The notes beneath the pieces are model-generated. The model was not told where the DNA came from and did not search any database. It saw only the letters and a program-made list of their open reading frames with translations. The position numbers and the translations under genes are program-made. 64,000 bases of DNA from a bacterium (GTDB lineage: Bacteria > JADJOY01): the NCBI GenBank assembly GCA_046331705.1, contig JAXLQJ010000020.1, forward strand, positions 1-64,000, read 5' to 3'. Shown piece by piece: positions 1 to 10,129 of this stretch; positions within the stretch are counted from its first letter, which is position 1; each line of letters begins with the position of its first letter.

Positions 1-449
1 GCGGCGCGCAGCAACGGCTCGCGGCCGGCGGCGAGGCGTTCGAGGCGAGCGCGAAGACGCGGGAGGCGGGCCGAGTCGAGCGCCGCGAGCATCGCGCTCC
101 GCGCCGAGGTGCGCTCGCCGTCGAGCCAGTCCAGCAGCTCCTTGCCCGCCGAGCCGGTGGCCGCGTCGGTCGCGTAGCGCTCGATCTGGACGTCGAGGTC
201 CCGCACCGGCGCGAGCGCACGCCCCAGCCAGCGCAGCTCGCGATCCAGCTGCGCTCGGGCTCGCGCCGGCAGCGCCGGAGCGAAGAACTTGAGCGCTGCA
301 CGCAAGCGACGCACGGCGACCCGTGCTCGATGAAGCGCCTCGGGATCGGCGCCGGTCCTGACCGCCGGCTCGTGCTCGACGAGCGCCGCGAGCTGCTTGC
401 CGACGACCTCGGCGAGCCCGTCACCGAGGGGAGCGCGCGGCTCGATCAC
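1..449 (-). CDS. CHAD domain protein (polyphosphate-binding), runs off the window edge
   Basis: My translation of the minus strand from GTG at 449 gives ...DPEALHRARVAVRRLRAALKFF...LRWLGRALAPVRDLDVQIE, matching the CHAD H-x-x-R...RRLR and RDLDV motifs. It lies directly downstream of ppx. Not in the supplied ORF track. Confidence 0.85.
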   Translation of the reverse strand, partial: MIEPRAPLGDGLAEVVGKQLAALVEHEPAVRTGADPEALHRARVAVRRLRAALKFFAPALPARARAQLDRELRWLGRALAPVRDLDVQIERYATDAATGSAGKELLDWLDGERTSARSAMLAALDSARLPRLRARLERLAAGREPLLRA

Positions 450-469
450 GCGCCGCTCGCGCTCTGGGC

Positions 470-2152
470 TCAGGACGCGACTCGGAAGGTCACGACCTCG
501 CCGAGCAGCTCCTCGAGCAGCGCCACGCGGTTGCGCGCCTCGCCGATCTCGAGCGCGGCGTCGTCCCCGCCGGTCGTGAGCTCGAGCACCACGCGGCGGT
601 CGCGCCGCGCCACGGTGACGTCGCGAACCACGCCGTAGTGGCTGCGGTCGAGACCATCGGCCACGCGCAGCAGTGCGGCGAGGGCGCGCACGATCTGTCG
701 CTCGCGCTTCGAGAGCATCCCGTAGCTGCCGTCCGAGGGCTTCGGCACCTGTTTGCGGTGATAGCGCGCGATCTGCGCGATGATCTCGATCTCGTCGCGC
801 CGAAAACCGAGCAGCTCGCCGTTCGTGATGAGGTAGTACGAATGGCGATGGTGATTCTTGCGGCTGATGTGCTGCCCGATGTCGTGCATCAACGCCGCCA
901 GCTCGAGCCAGTCGCGCGTGGCGCCGCTCAGCCCCAGCGAGTCGCGAAGCTGATCGAAGAGCCGGATCGAGAGCTTCGCCACCTGCTGGCCGTGACGATT
1001 CGGCTCGCCGAGGTGGCGGATGAGCCGCGCCACGCTGCGGTAGCGCGGATCGGGGAACTGCTCCTGCTCCTCGATGCCGCGGCGGTGGCGCGCGATGTGA
1101 TCGAGGAGCACGCCCTCCCGCAACGCGTAGGTGCACGCCACCAGCTCGCGAGCGCCCAGCCGCGTGAGCACGTGGTCCGCGAGCACCGCGCCCGCCACCA
1201 CCAGATCCACGCGCTTGGGATCGAGCCCGGGAACCGCGAGCCGCCGCGCGCGATCGCCCTTGGCGAGCTTGCGGCGCAGACGCCGAATCGATTCCGGCGA
1301 GACCGCGAGACCCTCGAGGTGCTCGGGTGGCTCGCCGCCGCCGCTCGCGGCCGCCATCGCGACGAGATTGTTGAGCGTCCCCGACGTTCCGATCACGCGC
1401 TTGGCACCGCGCGCGCGAAAGCGCGCCAGCACGTCATCGAGCTCCGACGCGAGATGGCTTTCCAGCGCCTCCACCGCGTGCGCGTCCACCTTTTCCTTGG
1501 CGAGGAAGCGTTCCGAGACGCGGGCGAGGCCGATCTTGAGGCTCACCAGCTCCACCGCCTCGCCGCCGTCGACCAGGATCAGCTCCACGCTGCCGCCGCC
1601 GGCGTCCACGATCACCGTGGGCTCACCGCGCAGGTCGATGGCGTGGCGCACGCCCAGGAAGATGAGACGCGCCTCCTCGCGGCCCGGGATCACCTTGACC
1701 CGAAGCCCGACTTCCTCCTCGACCCGCCGGACGAAGTCGCCACCGTTGCTGGCCTCGCGAACCGCGCTGGTGGCCACGGCGCGGATGCGCTGCACGCCTT
1801 GGCGCTCGGCGAGCATCTGGAAGGACGCGAGCGTGCGCAGGCCCTTCTCCATCGCTTCCGCGGAGAGCGCCCCGTCGATCAAGGTGCGCGATCCGAGACG
1901 CACCATCTCCTTGGCGCGGTCGAGCACCCGAAACCGCCCGTCCGACTCGACCTGGGCGACCACCATGTGGATCGAGTTCGAGCCCACGTCGATGGCGGCC
2001 ACGCGCACGCCGCGACGCGCCACCGGCTCGGGTGCCACGGCGAGCGCGCGCGCGGGCTCACCCGCGACGGCGCGCAGCGCGGCCGTGCGCACCGGGTGCG
2101 CGCGGCGCCCCGTGCGCGTTCCCGTCGATCGAGCCGATCCCCTCGTTGCCAT
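470..2152 (-). CDS. ppx: Ppx/GppA exopolyphosphatase with C-terminal HD domain
   Basis: Motifs AAIDVGSNSIHM, ATSAVREASN, GREEARL, DAGGGSVE, LREG, HDIG and ADGLD. Start could be 2152 or 2164. Confidence 0.93.
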   Translation of the reverse strand: MATRGSARSTGTRTGRRAHPVRTAALRAVAGEPARALAVAPEPVARRGVRVAAIDVGSNSIHMVVAQVESDGRFRVLDRAKEMVRLGSRTLIDGALSAEAMEKGLRTLASFQMLAERQGVQRIRAVATSAVREASNGGDFVRRVEEEVGLRVKVIPGREEARLIFLGVRHAIDLRGEPTVIVDAGGGSVELILVDGGEAVELVSLKIGLARVSERFLAKEKVDAHAVEALESHLASELDDVLARFRARGAKRVIGTSGTLNNLVAMAAASGGGEPPEHLEGLAVSPESIRRLRRKLAKGDRARRLAVPGLDPKRVDLVVAGAVLADHVLTRLGARELVACTYALREGVLLDHIARHRRGIEEQEQFPDPRYRSVARLIRHLGEPNRHGQQVAKLSIRLFDQLRDSLGLSGATRDWLELAALMHDIGQHISRKNHHRHSYYLITNGELLGFRRDEIEIIAQIARYHRKQVPKPSDGSYGMLSKRERQIVRALAALLRVADGLDRSHYGVVRDVTVARRDRRVVLELTTGGDDAALEIGEARNRVALLEELLGEVVTFRVAS

Positions 2153-2185
2153 GTCGCCGATCACCGCGTGCCGAACGTGGCGCGC

Positions 2186-2216
2186 ATTCTAATCCTGCCA
2201 TCGTGAACACACGATG
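2186..2216 (-). promoter_or_regulatory. Putative ppx promoter (-10 TAGAAT) with a palindromic operator
   Basis: TAGAAT on the minus strand at 2186-2191. Perfect inverted repeat CATCGTG-aaca-CACGATG at 2199-2216 covers the expected -35 position. Confidence 0.45.
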
Positions 2217-2321
2217 ACGTTCCGATGGCGCGTGCGCAGCAGCTCGGCCTCCGCGCGCGGCGTCGCCGCGCGGGCGGAGGGGGCGGAGGGCTCGAGAAAG
2301 CTCCGCGCGGGAGAGCACCCG

Positions 2322-3728
2322 TCAGTCGAAGTAGTCCCCGCTGGCGGCGACGCCCGCGAAATCCTCGATGCGGCCGAGAACGGTGTGCGCGGCGCGCTGC
2401 CCCATGGTCACCGAGTGATCCATGTTGTTGTAGCGGAAGAGCCCCTGGCGCCCGATGACCAGCAGATTCTCGAAGGCCCCGAGGTGCTCCTGAAGCGCCT
2501 TCAGGTGGTCGCGATAGCCGATCTCGTACACCGGATAGCCCTGCGGCTCGCGATGCACGAAGGTGTCCACGGCTTCCTTCTTCTTCAGGAAGCCCATGTC
2601 CGCGAGCTCCTGGATGACGCGCTCACCCAGCCAGCGGTCGTCGGCGTTCCAGATCTCGTCGTTCAGGATGCACGTGATCTCGGCGCATACCGCGGTGTGG
2701 CCCTCGGGCGCGTTGTCCCAGCTGAAGTTCTTCGCCTCGCTGATGCGGTTGAGCAACCGCGACTTCTCGGGGATGTAGATCCAGTGGTCGTCGGTGAGGC
2801 GATCGCGCTTGAGCACGACGTACACGAACACGAGGCTGCGGTGCTGCAGCTTGGCGGCGTGCTCGCGGATCTCCGGGGGCGGCGTGGGATCGAGCAGATC
2901 GAGCAGCGCCTGCGGCGGGATCGAGCTGATGACGTGCCCCGGCGTGTTCACCTCGCGTAGATCGCCGTTCTGGTAGACGATCGAGGTGACTCGTTTGCCG
3001 TCGGTCTTCACCTTCTCGAGGCGGACGCTCGTCACCACCTTGCCGCCACCCGCCTCGACCTGCTCGCGATAGCGCGCGCAGATGGCACCGACCCCGCCAT
3101 CCCGCGGGTAGTGGAAGCTCGACACGTAGGTGCGCGGTTGCGGCTTCTGCTTGGGTTGCAGCGTCTTCTTGATGACGTCGCCGAGGCTCAGGAGGCTGAT
3201 GCGCTGGCTGGCCCAATCCGACGAGATCTGCTTGCAGGGCAGGCCCCACGTCTTCTCGGTGTAGACGTCGAAGAAGATCGTGTAGAGGGTCTTGCCGAAG
3301 CGGTGCGTGACCCAGTCCTCGAACGAGAGATCGGGCTTCGGCCGCAGCCGCTGCTTCACCCGCGCCGTCACGTAGTCGATCAGGATCTTGACCAGGATCG
3401 TCCGCGGCAGCTGCATCAGCACGTTCTCGACGCGCAGCGGATAGAAGAAGAACCGGTTCATCATCCAGATCCGGCTCTTGCGCTGGTTCTCGACGATGTT
3501 CTCGCCCATGAGGTCCCGGAAGTGCTGGACCACACCCGGCTCGCCGTGGAAGCGGTGGGGACCGAGATCCACCGTGTAGCCGTTGCGCTTCAGGCTCTTC
3601 GCGAGCCCGCCGACGACCGGATCGCGCTCGAGCACCGTCACCGGCACGCCGGCACGCGACAGCTCGGCGGCCGAGCTCATGCCGGCGAGGCCGGCACCCA
3701 ACACCGTGACCTTGCGGTGATTCGACAT
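2322..3728 (-). CDS. FAD-dependent oxidoreductase (UDP-galactopyranose mutase/HemY-like, polysaccharide-cluster type)
   Basis: GAGLAG Rossmann motif, ERDPVVGGLA, DLGPHRF, YTEKTWG and GRQGLFRYNNMDHS. Co-directional with wzc/wza. Confidence 0.8.
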   Translation of the reverse strand: MSNHRKVTVLGAGLAGMSSAAELSRAGVPVTVLERDPVVGGLAKSLKRNGYTVDLGPHRFHGEPGVVQHFRDLMGENIVENQRKSRIWMMNRFFFYPLRVENVLMQLPRTILVKILIDYVTARVKQRLRPKPDLSFEDWVTHRFGKTLYTIFFDVYTEKTWGLPCKQISSDWASQRISLLSLGDVIKKTLQPKQKPQPRTYVSSFHYPRDGGVGAICARYREQVEAGGGKVVTSVRLEKVKTDGKRVTSIVYQNGDLREVNTPGHVISSIPPQALLDLLDPTPPPEIREHAAKLQHRSLVFVYVVLKRDRLTDDHWIYIPEKSRLLNRISEAKNFSWDNAPEGHTAVCAEITCILNDEIWNADDRWLGERVIQELADMGFLKKKEAVDTFVHREPQGYPVYEIGYRDHLKALQEHLGAFENLLVIGRQGLFRYNNMDHSVTMGQRAAHTVLGRIEDFAGVAASGDYFD

Positions 3729-3750
3729 CGCTTGTGACCTTCTTCGGGAT

Positions 3751-5802
3751 TCAGACGGCGCGATTCAGGATCACGCGCGCCGCGATCGGCTCGACGCGGG
3801 CGAGCTCGCGACACGCTGCGTCCAGCTCGTCGCGCACGGTCCGGTCGGTCTCGACCACCAACAACACCAGGTCCGCGTATCGCGCCAGCACCTGCGCCGC
3901 CGCGGAACGCGTCACGGGCGGCAGATCGATCACGATGAGATCGTGGCTCGAGCCCACGGTCGCGAACGCCGCCTGCACGCGATCCGGCCGAATCAGCGCC
4001 TGTGCGCCGATGGCGGCTCCGGCGGCGAGCACGCTCACGCCCGGCACCGGGCTGGATTGTCGGAGCGACTCGAGCGACGCGTTGCCGTTCACCCATTCGA
4101 CGAGCCCGGACTTCGCATCCGCGCCCAGCTCGCGCGCGAGCACCGAATCGCCGGGATGCGCATCGATCGCGAGCACGCGGCGCCCGGCGGCGGCGGCCGC
4201 TCGCGCCAGCCCGATGGACGTCGTGGTGACGCCCTCGCCGCCGGCGCAACCGACCACGGCCACGATCTGGCAGCTTCCGAAGCTCGGCATGCGGCGCGAG
4301 CGCTCGAGCTCGACGAGCGCAGCCACGCGCGCGAAGGCGGCGCCGAGCTCGGGGGCGAGGTCGGCGTTGGCCGCAGCGCCCGGACGCGGCAGCATCCGGC
4401 TCGCCGGCACGCTCTCGCCGAAGGGGATGCGCGCGGCGCGGGTGAGATCACGCACTCCATGGATGGTCTGATCGAGCGCCGCCGACGCGAACGCCCCGGT
4501 CAGCCCCAGCACCAATCCGACGGCGAGACCGAGCAGCACGTAGAGCTGGGTGTCCGGGAAGCTCGGATCGCGCGGCACCTCCGCCGGGTCCACCACGCGG
4601 ACGTTGTTGCGCTTGATGTTCGAGACGATCTTGGCCTCGATCACCTTGCCGGAGACCTGCTCGAAGAGCTGGCGGCGCGCGCTCGCCTCGTCGGAGAGCA
4701 AGTGTGCCTGCGAGGCGCGGGCGGTCTTCTGGCGGGTGCTCTGACGGGCGAGCTCGACCTCGTCCGCGAGGGCACGCTCGCGCTCGATGGCGGTCTGGTG
4801 CTCGATCTCGAGCCCATCGATCACGCGCGCGACCTCGTCGCGAATGCGCTTCGCGAGCTCGTCGAGCTGGGCGCGCAGCTGCAGCATCTTGGGATGCTTG
4901 TCGCGGTAGCGCTGACTCAGATCGGCCTGCTCCGCCAGCAGCGAGAGATACGTCTGACGCAGCTTGGCGACCACGGGGCTGGCGAGCGTCTCGGGCAAGC
5001 TCTCGACCCGCGACGGATCGCTCGCGTAGCGCCGCGCCTGCTCGTAGCGCTTCTCGATCTGGATGCGATTGACCTGCGCCTCGGTGAGCGCCGACTCGAG
5101 CTCGGCCAGGTGCTTCATGTCCTCGCCCGCCGGAGCGTCGAGGTTCACGAGGCCGTGCTCCTGCTTGTACTCCTCGCCTTCCGCGACGCTCTTGGTGAGG
5201 TCCTGGCGGAGCTTGTCGAGCTCGGGAGCGAGGCTCTCGACGTCGTCGCGGAACTTCCGGCGCACCTCGTCCAGATTGGTCTGGACGTAGGAGTTCACGA
5301 CGGCGTTGGCGAGGTCGGCGGCGCACTGGGCCTCGGCGTGCTCGACCCGCACCTCCGAGAGCTTGCTGGTGGCGTCGCCCTTGACCTCCAGCGCGTGATC
5401 GAGGGCCTCGACGGAATCGGCGCCCGCGAGCTTGCAACGCTGCCAGAGCTCGGCCTGGCTCACCACCGACTTCAGGTTGGCGCGGCTCTGAATGAGGTTG
5501 CGCTCGGTGGTGTAGAACTGGGCGCGCGCGTAGAGATCGGATTTGCCCGCGGTGACCAGCTCGCTCGTGAAGGTGCCGACGCTGACGTCGGACGTCTCCA
5601 TCAAGACGACCGCGCGCGCCGTGAACTTCTTCGGCGCGACGACGCAGAACGCGAACACCAGCCCGGGCACCAGCAGCGTGAGCCCGACCACCCACTTCCA
5701 GCGGCGCGCGAGCACGCCGATGTAGTCGGCGAGGTGGATCTCGGAGTTGGGCGCGGCGAGGCCATTCTCGGGCGACGCCGCCGGCTCGAGGTTCGACGCC
5801 AT
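3751..5802 (-). CDS. wzc: Wzc/GumC-family polysaccharide co-polymerase with a degenerate BY-kinase domain
   Basis: N-terminal Wzz domain with TM, coiled coil with YRDKHPKM, VVDPAEVP, second TM, then a P-loop-like GGEGVTT and IVIDLPP. Confidence 0.85.
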   Translation of the reverse strand: MASNLEPAASPENGLAAPNSEIHLADYIGVLARRWKWVVGLTLLVPGLVFAFCVVAPKKFTARAVVLMETSDVSVGTFTSELVTAGKSDLYARAQFYTTERNLIQSRANLKSVVSQAELWQRCKLAGADSVEALDHALEVKGDATSKLSEVRVEHAEAQCAADLANAVVNSYVQTNLDEVRRKFRDDVESLAPELDKLRQDLTKSVAEGEEYKQEHGLVNLDAPAGEDMKHLAELESALTEAQVNRIQIEKRYEQARRYASDPSRVESLPETLASPVVAKLRQTYLSLLAEQADLSQRYRDKHPKMLQLRAQLDELAKRIRDEVARVIDGLEIEHQTAIERERALADEVELARQSTRQKTARASQAHLLSDEASARRQLFEQVSGKVIEAKIVSNIKRNNVRVVDPAEVPRDPSFPDTQLYVLLGLAVGLVLGLTGAFASAALDQTIHGVRDLTRAARIPFGESVPASRMLPRPGAAANADLAPELGAAFARVAALVELERSRRMPSFGSCQIVAVVGCAGGEGVTTTSIGLARAAAAAGRRVLAIDAHPGDSVLARELGADAKSGLVEWVNGNASLESLRQSSPVPGVSVLAAGAAIGAQALIRPDRVQAAFATVGSSHDLIVIDLPPVTRSAAAQVLARYADLVLLVVETDRTVRDELDAACRELARVEPIAARVILNRAV

Positions 5803-6911
5803 CAGAAGATCCGCTCCGGTACGTTGATCACGTCACCCGCCTCGAGGGGGATGTCGAGATCGAGCTGGCCGTCGTCGATGATCGCGTTCACGTCGACGCG
5901 GATCACCCGCTTGCCAGCCGAGTCCTGGCGGATGACCTGGACGTCGCTCTTGTTGGCGAGCGGCGTGAAGCCACCCGCTCGGCTCAACACCTCCATCAAG
6001 GTGTTGCGGTGCGTCAGCTTGAACGGACCCGGGCGCGGCACCTCGCCCAGCACGTGCACCATCCGACTGCGGTATTCCCGCAGGAACACCGTGAGCTGCG
6101 GCGCGACGAAATAATCCACGAGCTTCTCGATCAGCTCGTTGCGGAACTCGTCCACCGTGAGGCCCGCGGCGGTGAGCGTGCCGGCGTACGGGAAATCGAC
6201 GGTGCCGCGCGGCGACACGCGCAGCGCGAGGTGCTGAAGATCGCTCTCGCCGAGGACCGAGACGTCGAGCAGATCCTCGACACCGATCCGGTACTCGGGA
6301 TCCAGCAGGTCGGCGGCGCTCGTATCCGCCGGGTCGCGCGGCTCGCCACCGCCGTAGGCAGGCGGCTCGATCACGTAACCACCGCGAGCGCCAGCCTCGG
6401 GTGGCGTGCTCCGCGAGGAAACGTCGGTGGGAAGCGCGGGGGCGGGCGGCGTCACGGGGGCCGGCGCCGACGCTTCCGGCACGGTCACCGCTTCTTCTTC
6501 CGCTTCTTCCGCGCGCGCAATTTCCACGGGTGCGGGCGCTGCGGGCGACGACACCTCGGGCTCGTGACGCGTCACAGGCTCGCCGCGCGTCGGCTCCACG
6601 GGTGCGGTCTCGACGGGTGCCGGCTCGCCCTGCGCGACCGTCGCAGGCGCCGGGGTGGGCTCGACGGGCGCTGGCGCGCTCACCGCCGACTCGTCCTCGG
6701 TGTCCGGTCGAATCGAGATGGTCCAGCGCGAGGTGGGCTCCGAGGCCGCACCCTCTCCTCGTCCGAGGTGTCTGCCGACGCGCGCCGGCTCGGACCGCGG
6801 CACGAGCGCCACCGCGCATCCAGCCAGCTCGATGCAGGCGATCACCGCGATGCACGCGGCCCAACGGCGACCCGAGCGCACGCGGAGCGAAGGATTCGAA
6901 GCGATCGACAC
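5802..6911 (-). CDS. wza: Polysaccharide export protein (OPX/Wza family; Poly_export + SLBB), probable lipoprotein
   Basis: YRIGVEDLLDVSV, GTVDFPYAG, VLGEVPRPG, AGGFTPLA and LEAGDVINVP. Lipobox-like ELAGC and a long Pro/Ala/Glu linker. Confidence 0.88.
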   Translation of the reverse strand: MSIASNPSLRVRSGRRWAACIAVIACIELAGCAVALVPRSEPARVGRHLGRGEGAASEPTSRWTISIRPDTEDESAVSAPAPVEPTPAPATVAQGEPAPVETAPVEPTRGEPVTRHEPEVSSPAAPAPVEIARAEEAEEEAVTVPEASAPAPVTPPAPALPTDVSSRSTPPEAGARGGYVIEPPAYGGGEPRDPADTSAADLLDPEYRIGVEDLLDVSVLGESDLQHLALRVSPRGTVDFPYAGTLTAAGLTVDEFRNELIEKLVDYFVAPQLTVFLREYRSRMVHVLGEVPRPGPFKLTHRNTLMEVLSRAGGFTPLANKSDVQVIRQDSAGKRVIRVDVNAIIDDGQLDLDIPLEAGDVINVPERIF

Positions 6912-7007
6912 GAATCGGGCCAGGGGTTCGAGCGGCGAGAGAAGGGCTTCCCGGATGGAGTGAACGCGCGCGGCGAGTCGAATCAGGCGGGCGGACGGCT
7001 TCTCACT

Positions 7008-7412
7008 TCACTCCGAGACGATCCAGGTCGAGTACCCGAGCGATTGGAGCGTGGCGGCGATGGCATCGGCACTGTCGCGATCGCCGAACGGCCCCACGCG
7101 CACCTGGTAATAGACCTTCCCCGACGCCGGCGCGGTGCGAACGTAGGCGGGAAACCCTCGATCCGCCAAGCCTTGCGCCGCGTCGCGCGCGGCGCGTTCG
7201 TTCACGATGCTGGAAACCTGCACGGAAAACTGCGTCGCGGAGGGCTGCACGGCGAGGGGGGCGGGCGGCTCGACGGCCGCCGGCTCCTCGGCAGGCGCTT
7301 CGACGGCTGGCTTCTCGACCGGGCTGGGTTCGTTCGAGCCGACCGACCAAGCGCAGCCGGTCGCCACCGACACGAGCCAGCAGCCTACGGCGAAGTAACG
7401 GCTTCGGCTCAC
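7008..7412 (-). CDS. SPOR-domain lipoprotein
   Basis: FSVQVSS...YYQVRVGPFGDRDSA SPOR pattern, with a signal peptide ending VATGC. Confidence 0.85.
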   Translation of the reverse strand: MSRSRYFAVGCWLVSVATGCAWSVGSNEPSPVEKPAVEAPAEEPAAVEPPAPLAVQPSATQFSVQVSSIVNERAARDAAQGLADRGFPAYVRTAPASGKVYYQVRVGPFGDRDSADAIAATLQSLGYSTWIVSE

Positions 7413-7495
7413 CTTTTCCCGACCTCACGCGCCTCGATGTGTTGCGAGCCGCGGCACTATATCCCGAGAGATTCCGGATCGGGAGCCAGATTGCG

Positions 7496-9408
7496 TCACT
7501 CGGTGAGGCTTCCCGAGTTCCGCGCCATGCGCAGATAGCGGCGGGTGTCGTCGCGGCTGGGATCCAGCTCCAGCGCGAACCCGAGCTCGTGGATCGCGTC
7601 CTCGCGGCGGTTGAGGGAAAGCAGCAGCGCGCCGAGCTCGTGGTGGACCTGCGGATCCGAGGGTGCGTAGCGCGCGGCGTTGCGCAACGCCACCTCGGCC
7701 TCGGTCTTGCGGCGCGCGCTCACCAGCAGCCGTCCCAGCTCGAACCATACCGGGCCGTCGTCGGTGCGGGTCTCGAGGTAGGAACGGAACGAGCGGACGG
7801 CTTCGTCGGTGCGACCATCCTGCGCGGCGGCGCGGGCCTGATCGAGAAGATCGTCGACCTGATCGATCTGCTCGAGCAGTTTCGACGCTTGAATGGCGAA
7901 CACGTCCAGACGCCGGTCGGCGCCGGCGGTTCTCCATCGCGTGACGCAAGTACGCGGCGGCGTCACGGGGCCGCCCGAGCGCCAGGATCGCCCCAGCCCC
8001 AGCCACGCTCCGCGTTGCTCGGATCGGCGCCACGCACCAGCTCGAAACGCCCCGCCGCGTTCGCCCAGCGCTTGGCCCTCGAGGTCGACGTCCTCGCGCG
8101 AGCGTTCCCGGCACGTCGACGGCGGGCGTGCTGGCGCCAGCCGTGGGATCGGTGTGGGCGTCGGCGCCGGGCGATTGCGCGCACCACCGGCCAGGGTGCC
8201 GGGGTGGTCGGCGCGATGGCGGGAACCGGTGGCGGAGAGCGTCGTGGAACGCCTTGCCACACGGCGACCCCGATCGCCGCCAACACCACGAGCGTCGCGA
8301 GCGCACCGGCTCCGCGAGCGCGCCAACTGCTGGCGCGGCACGAGATCCTCGCGCCGCTCGCGCGCCGCCACCGCGCGCCGAACCTCGTCGGCCGTGCGCG
8401 GAGTGCGATCCAGATGCTTGCCCATCCGATCCGCCCATGTCTTGTCGAGCGCGGCGTACTCGGCGCCATCTGCCGGGCGCCAGTTGGGATCCTTCGACAG
8501 CGTCCCCATCACCAGCCGCTCGAGCTCGCGACTCACGTCGAGGTCGGGTTTCACGGCGCGCATCGGCCGCGGCCGCCCGATGTGCTTCATCAGCAGCGGG
8601 ATGACCGAGTCCGAAGTGGTGTCGAACGGCCGATGACCGGTCAGCGCCTCGTACATCACGACGCCGAGCGAGTAGACGTCGCTGCGCGCGTCGAGCGGCT
8701 TTCCCTGGCACTGCTCGGGCGACATGTAGTACGGCGTGCCGATGAGCACGCCGGTGCGGGTATTGCTGTCGTTCGGCGATCCCCGCAGCTTCGCGATGCC
8801 GTAGGCCGAGCACCAGCACCCGTCGGGAACGCCGTTGCGCTCCGGCTCGACCATGATGTTCTCGGGCTTGAGATCGCGGTGGACGATGCCCTGCCGGTGC
8901 GCGGTCCCGACCACGTCGGCCACCTGCTTCATCACCCGGATGGTGCGCAGCTCGGGCAGCGTTCCTTCCCGCCGCAGCAGCTCGGAGAGGTTCTGGCCAC
9001 GCACCAGCTCCATCACCATGAAGAGCGTGCCGTCGGTCATCTGCCCGAAGTCGAGGATCTGGGCGGCGTGCGGATGGCGGATGTCGCGCGCCTTGGCGAC
9101 CTCGTCGCGAAACCGCGCGACCGCGTGGGGATCGCGCATGCGATCCGAGTCGAGGATCTTGACGGCCACGTGGCGGGAGGTGGCGAGCTCCTCCGCGCGG
9201 TACACGACGCTGGTGCCGCCGCGGCCGATCTCGCGCTCCAGCCGGTAGCGCCCGCCCAGCTCGAGCCCCTCGCGCGGATCCGGCAGCCGCAGCGAGACGC
9301 CGCATGTGGGCAGGTCTCGTCGCCGGGCACGAGCGGCCCGTCGCAGCTCGGGCACGATCGCCCTTCCGCGTGGATCGCGCGGGCGTCGAGGTGGATCGTG
9401 GTGGACAC
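7496..9408 (-). pseudogene. Zn-ribbon + Ser/Thr protein kinase + TM + TPR protein with multiple apparent frameshifts (pseudogene or sequence error)
   Basis: CPSC...CP(T)C ribbon, IGRGGTSVVY, VAVKIL, HRDLKPEN, GTPYYMSPEQ, SDVYSLG and C-terminal TPRs. The pieces fall in different frames, with breaks near 9309, 8800-8822 and 7900-8350. Confidence 0.8.
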
Positions 9409-9474
9409 GGAATCGGCGGCGAGTCTACTGCGTTTTGCAGCCCGACGACGATCTCGGCCCGCTGGGGCGCGCGG

Positions 9475-10036
9475 CTACGCGGCGGCGCCGGCGCCGTGGC
9501 CGCGGGCCGCGAGCCTCGTCACCAGAAACGCCAAGCTCAGCGCGAAAAGCGCGCCGACGCTCACCAGCAGCGGCGCGAGCGGGTCTTGCCACAGCGCCGG
9601 CGCCGTTCCCTCGCGGAACTGGAGGAAGCTACCCACCCGCATGAGGCGCGCCGCGCCGCCCAGCGAGAGCGCGGTCTCCGCCACCAGCACCACCCACGAA
9701 GAGAGCCCACGCCCGCGTGGTGTGCCCCGCCCGCACGTCGCGGTGCGCGAGCGCGTAACCCGCGACGCACGCCGCGAGATAGATCCAGGGCACGACCCAC
9801 TTGAGCCGCTGCGCCTGCTCCGCCGTCATCTGCCACGCGTACATGACACTCCAGTCCGGATAGGCCCAAAACAGAAAGAGCCCGAGCGGCGCGAAGCACG
9901 CCGCCGCGAACCCGAACGCCATGCCGAAGCTCTCGCACAAGAGCCCCGATTGCCGGGCGCGGATGTCGTGTGCCGCCGCGAGCGCCATTCCCTGACCGAT
10001 GGCGAAGTTGATGAGCGTGTCGATGGGTACGGTCAC
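9475..10036 (-). CDS. Hypothetical integral membrane protein, apparent frameshift near 9695
   Basis: Hydrophobic ORF VPIDTLINFAIGQGMALAA...YPDWSVMY continues in another frame as VLVAETALSLGG...LWQDPLAPLLVSVGALF. Confidence 0.55.
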
Positions 10037-10129
10037 GAGCGCCTCCCCAGTAGCGCACGGCGATGCGAGACTCGGGCGATTGCAGCACGCCACCGCGACC
10101 CGCGGCAACGGCGCTCGCTCGCCCGTTCG

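Noticed and set aside
6401-10129. Very long alternative-frame and antisense ORFs (for example the 1441-aa 6401..10726, 1094-aa 16221..19505, and the N-terminal parts of 46162..49695 and 24008..27646)
   Set aside because: They are Arg/Ala/Gly/Pro-rich shadow frames caused by high GC and overlap well-supported genes. Where a real gene is included, it is only the C-terminal part (LOG, CPI-like, GH92).
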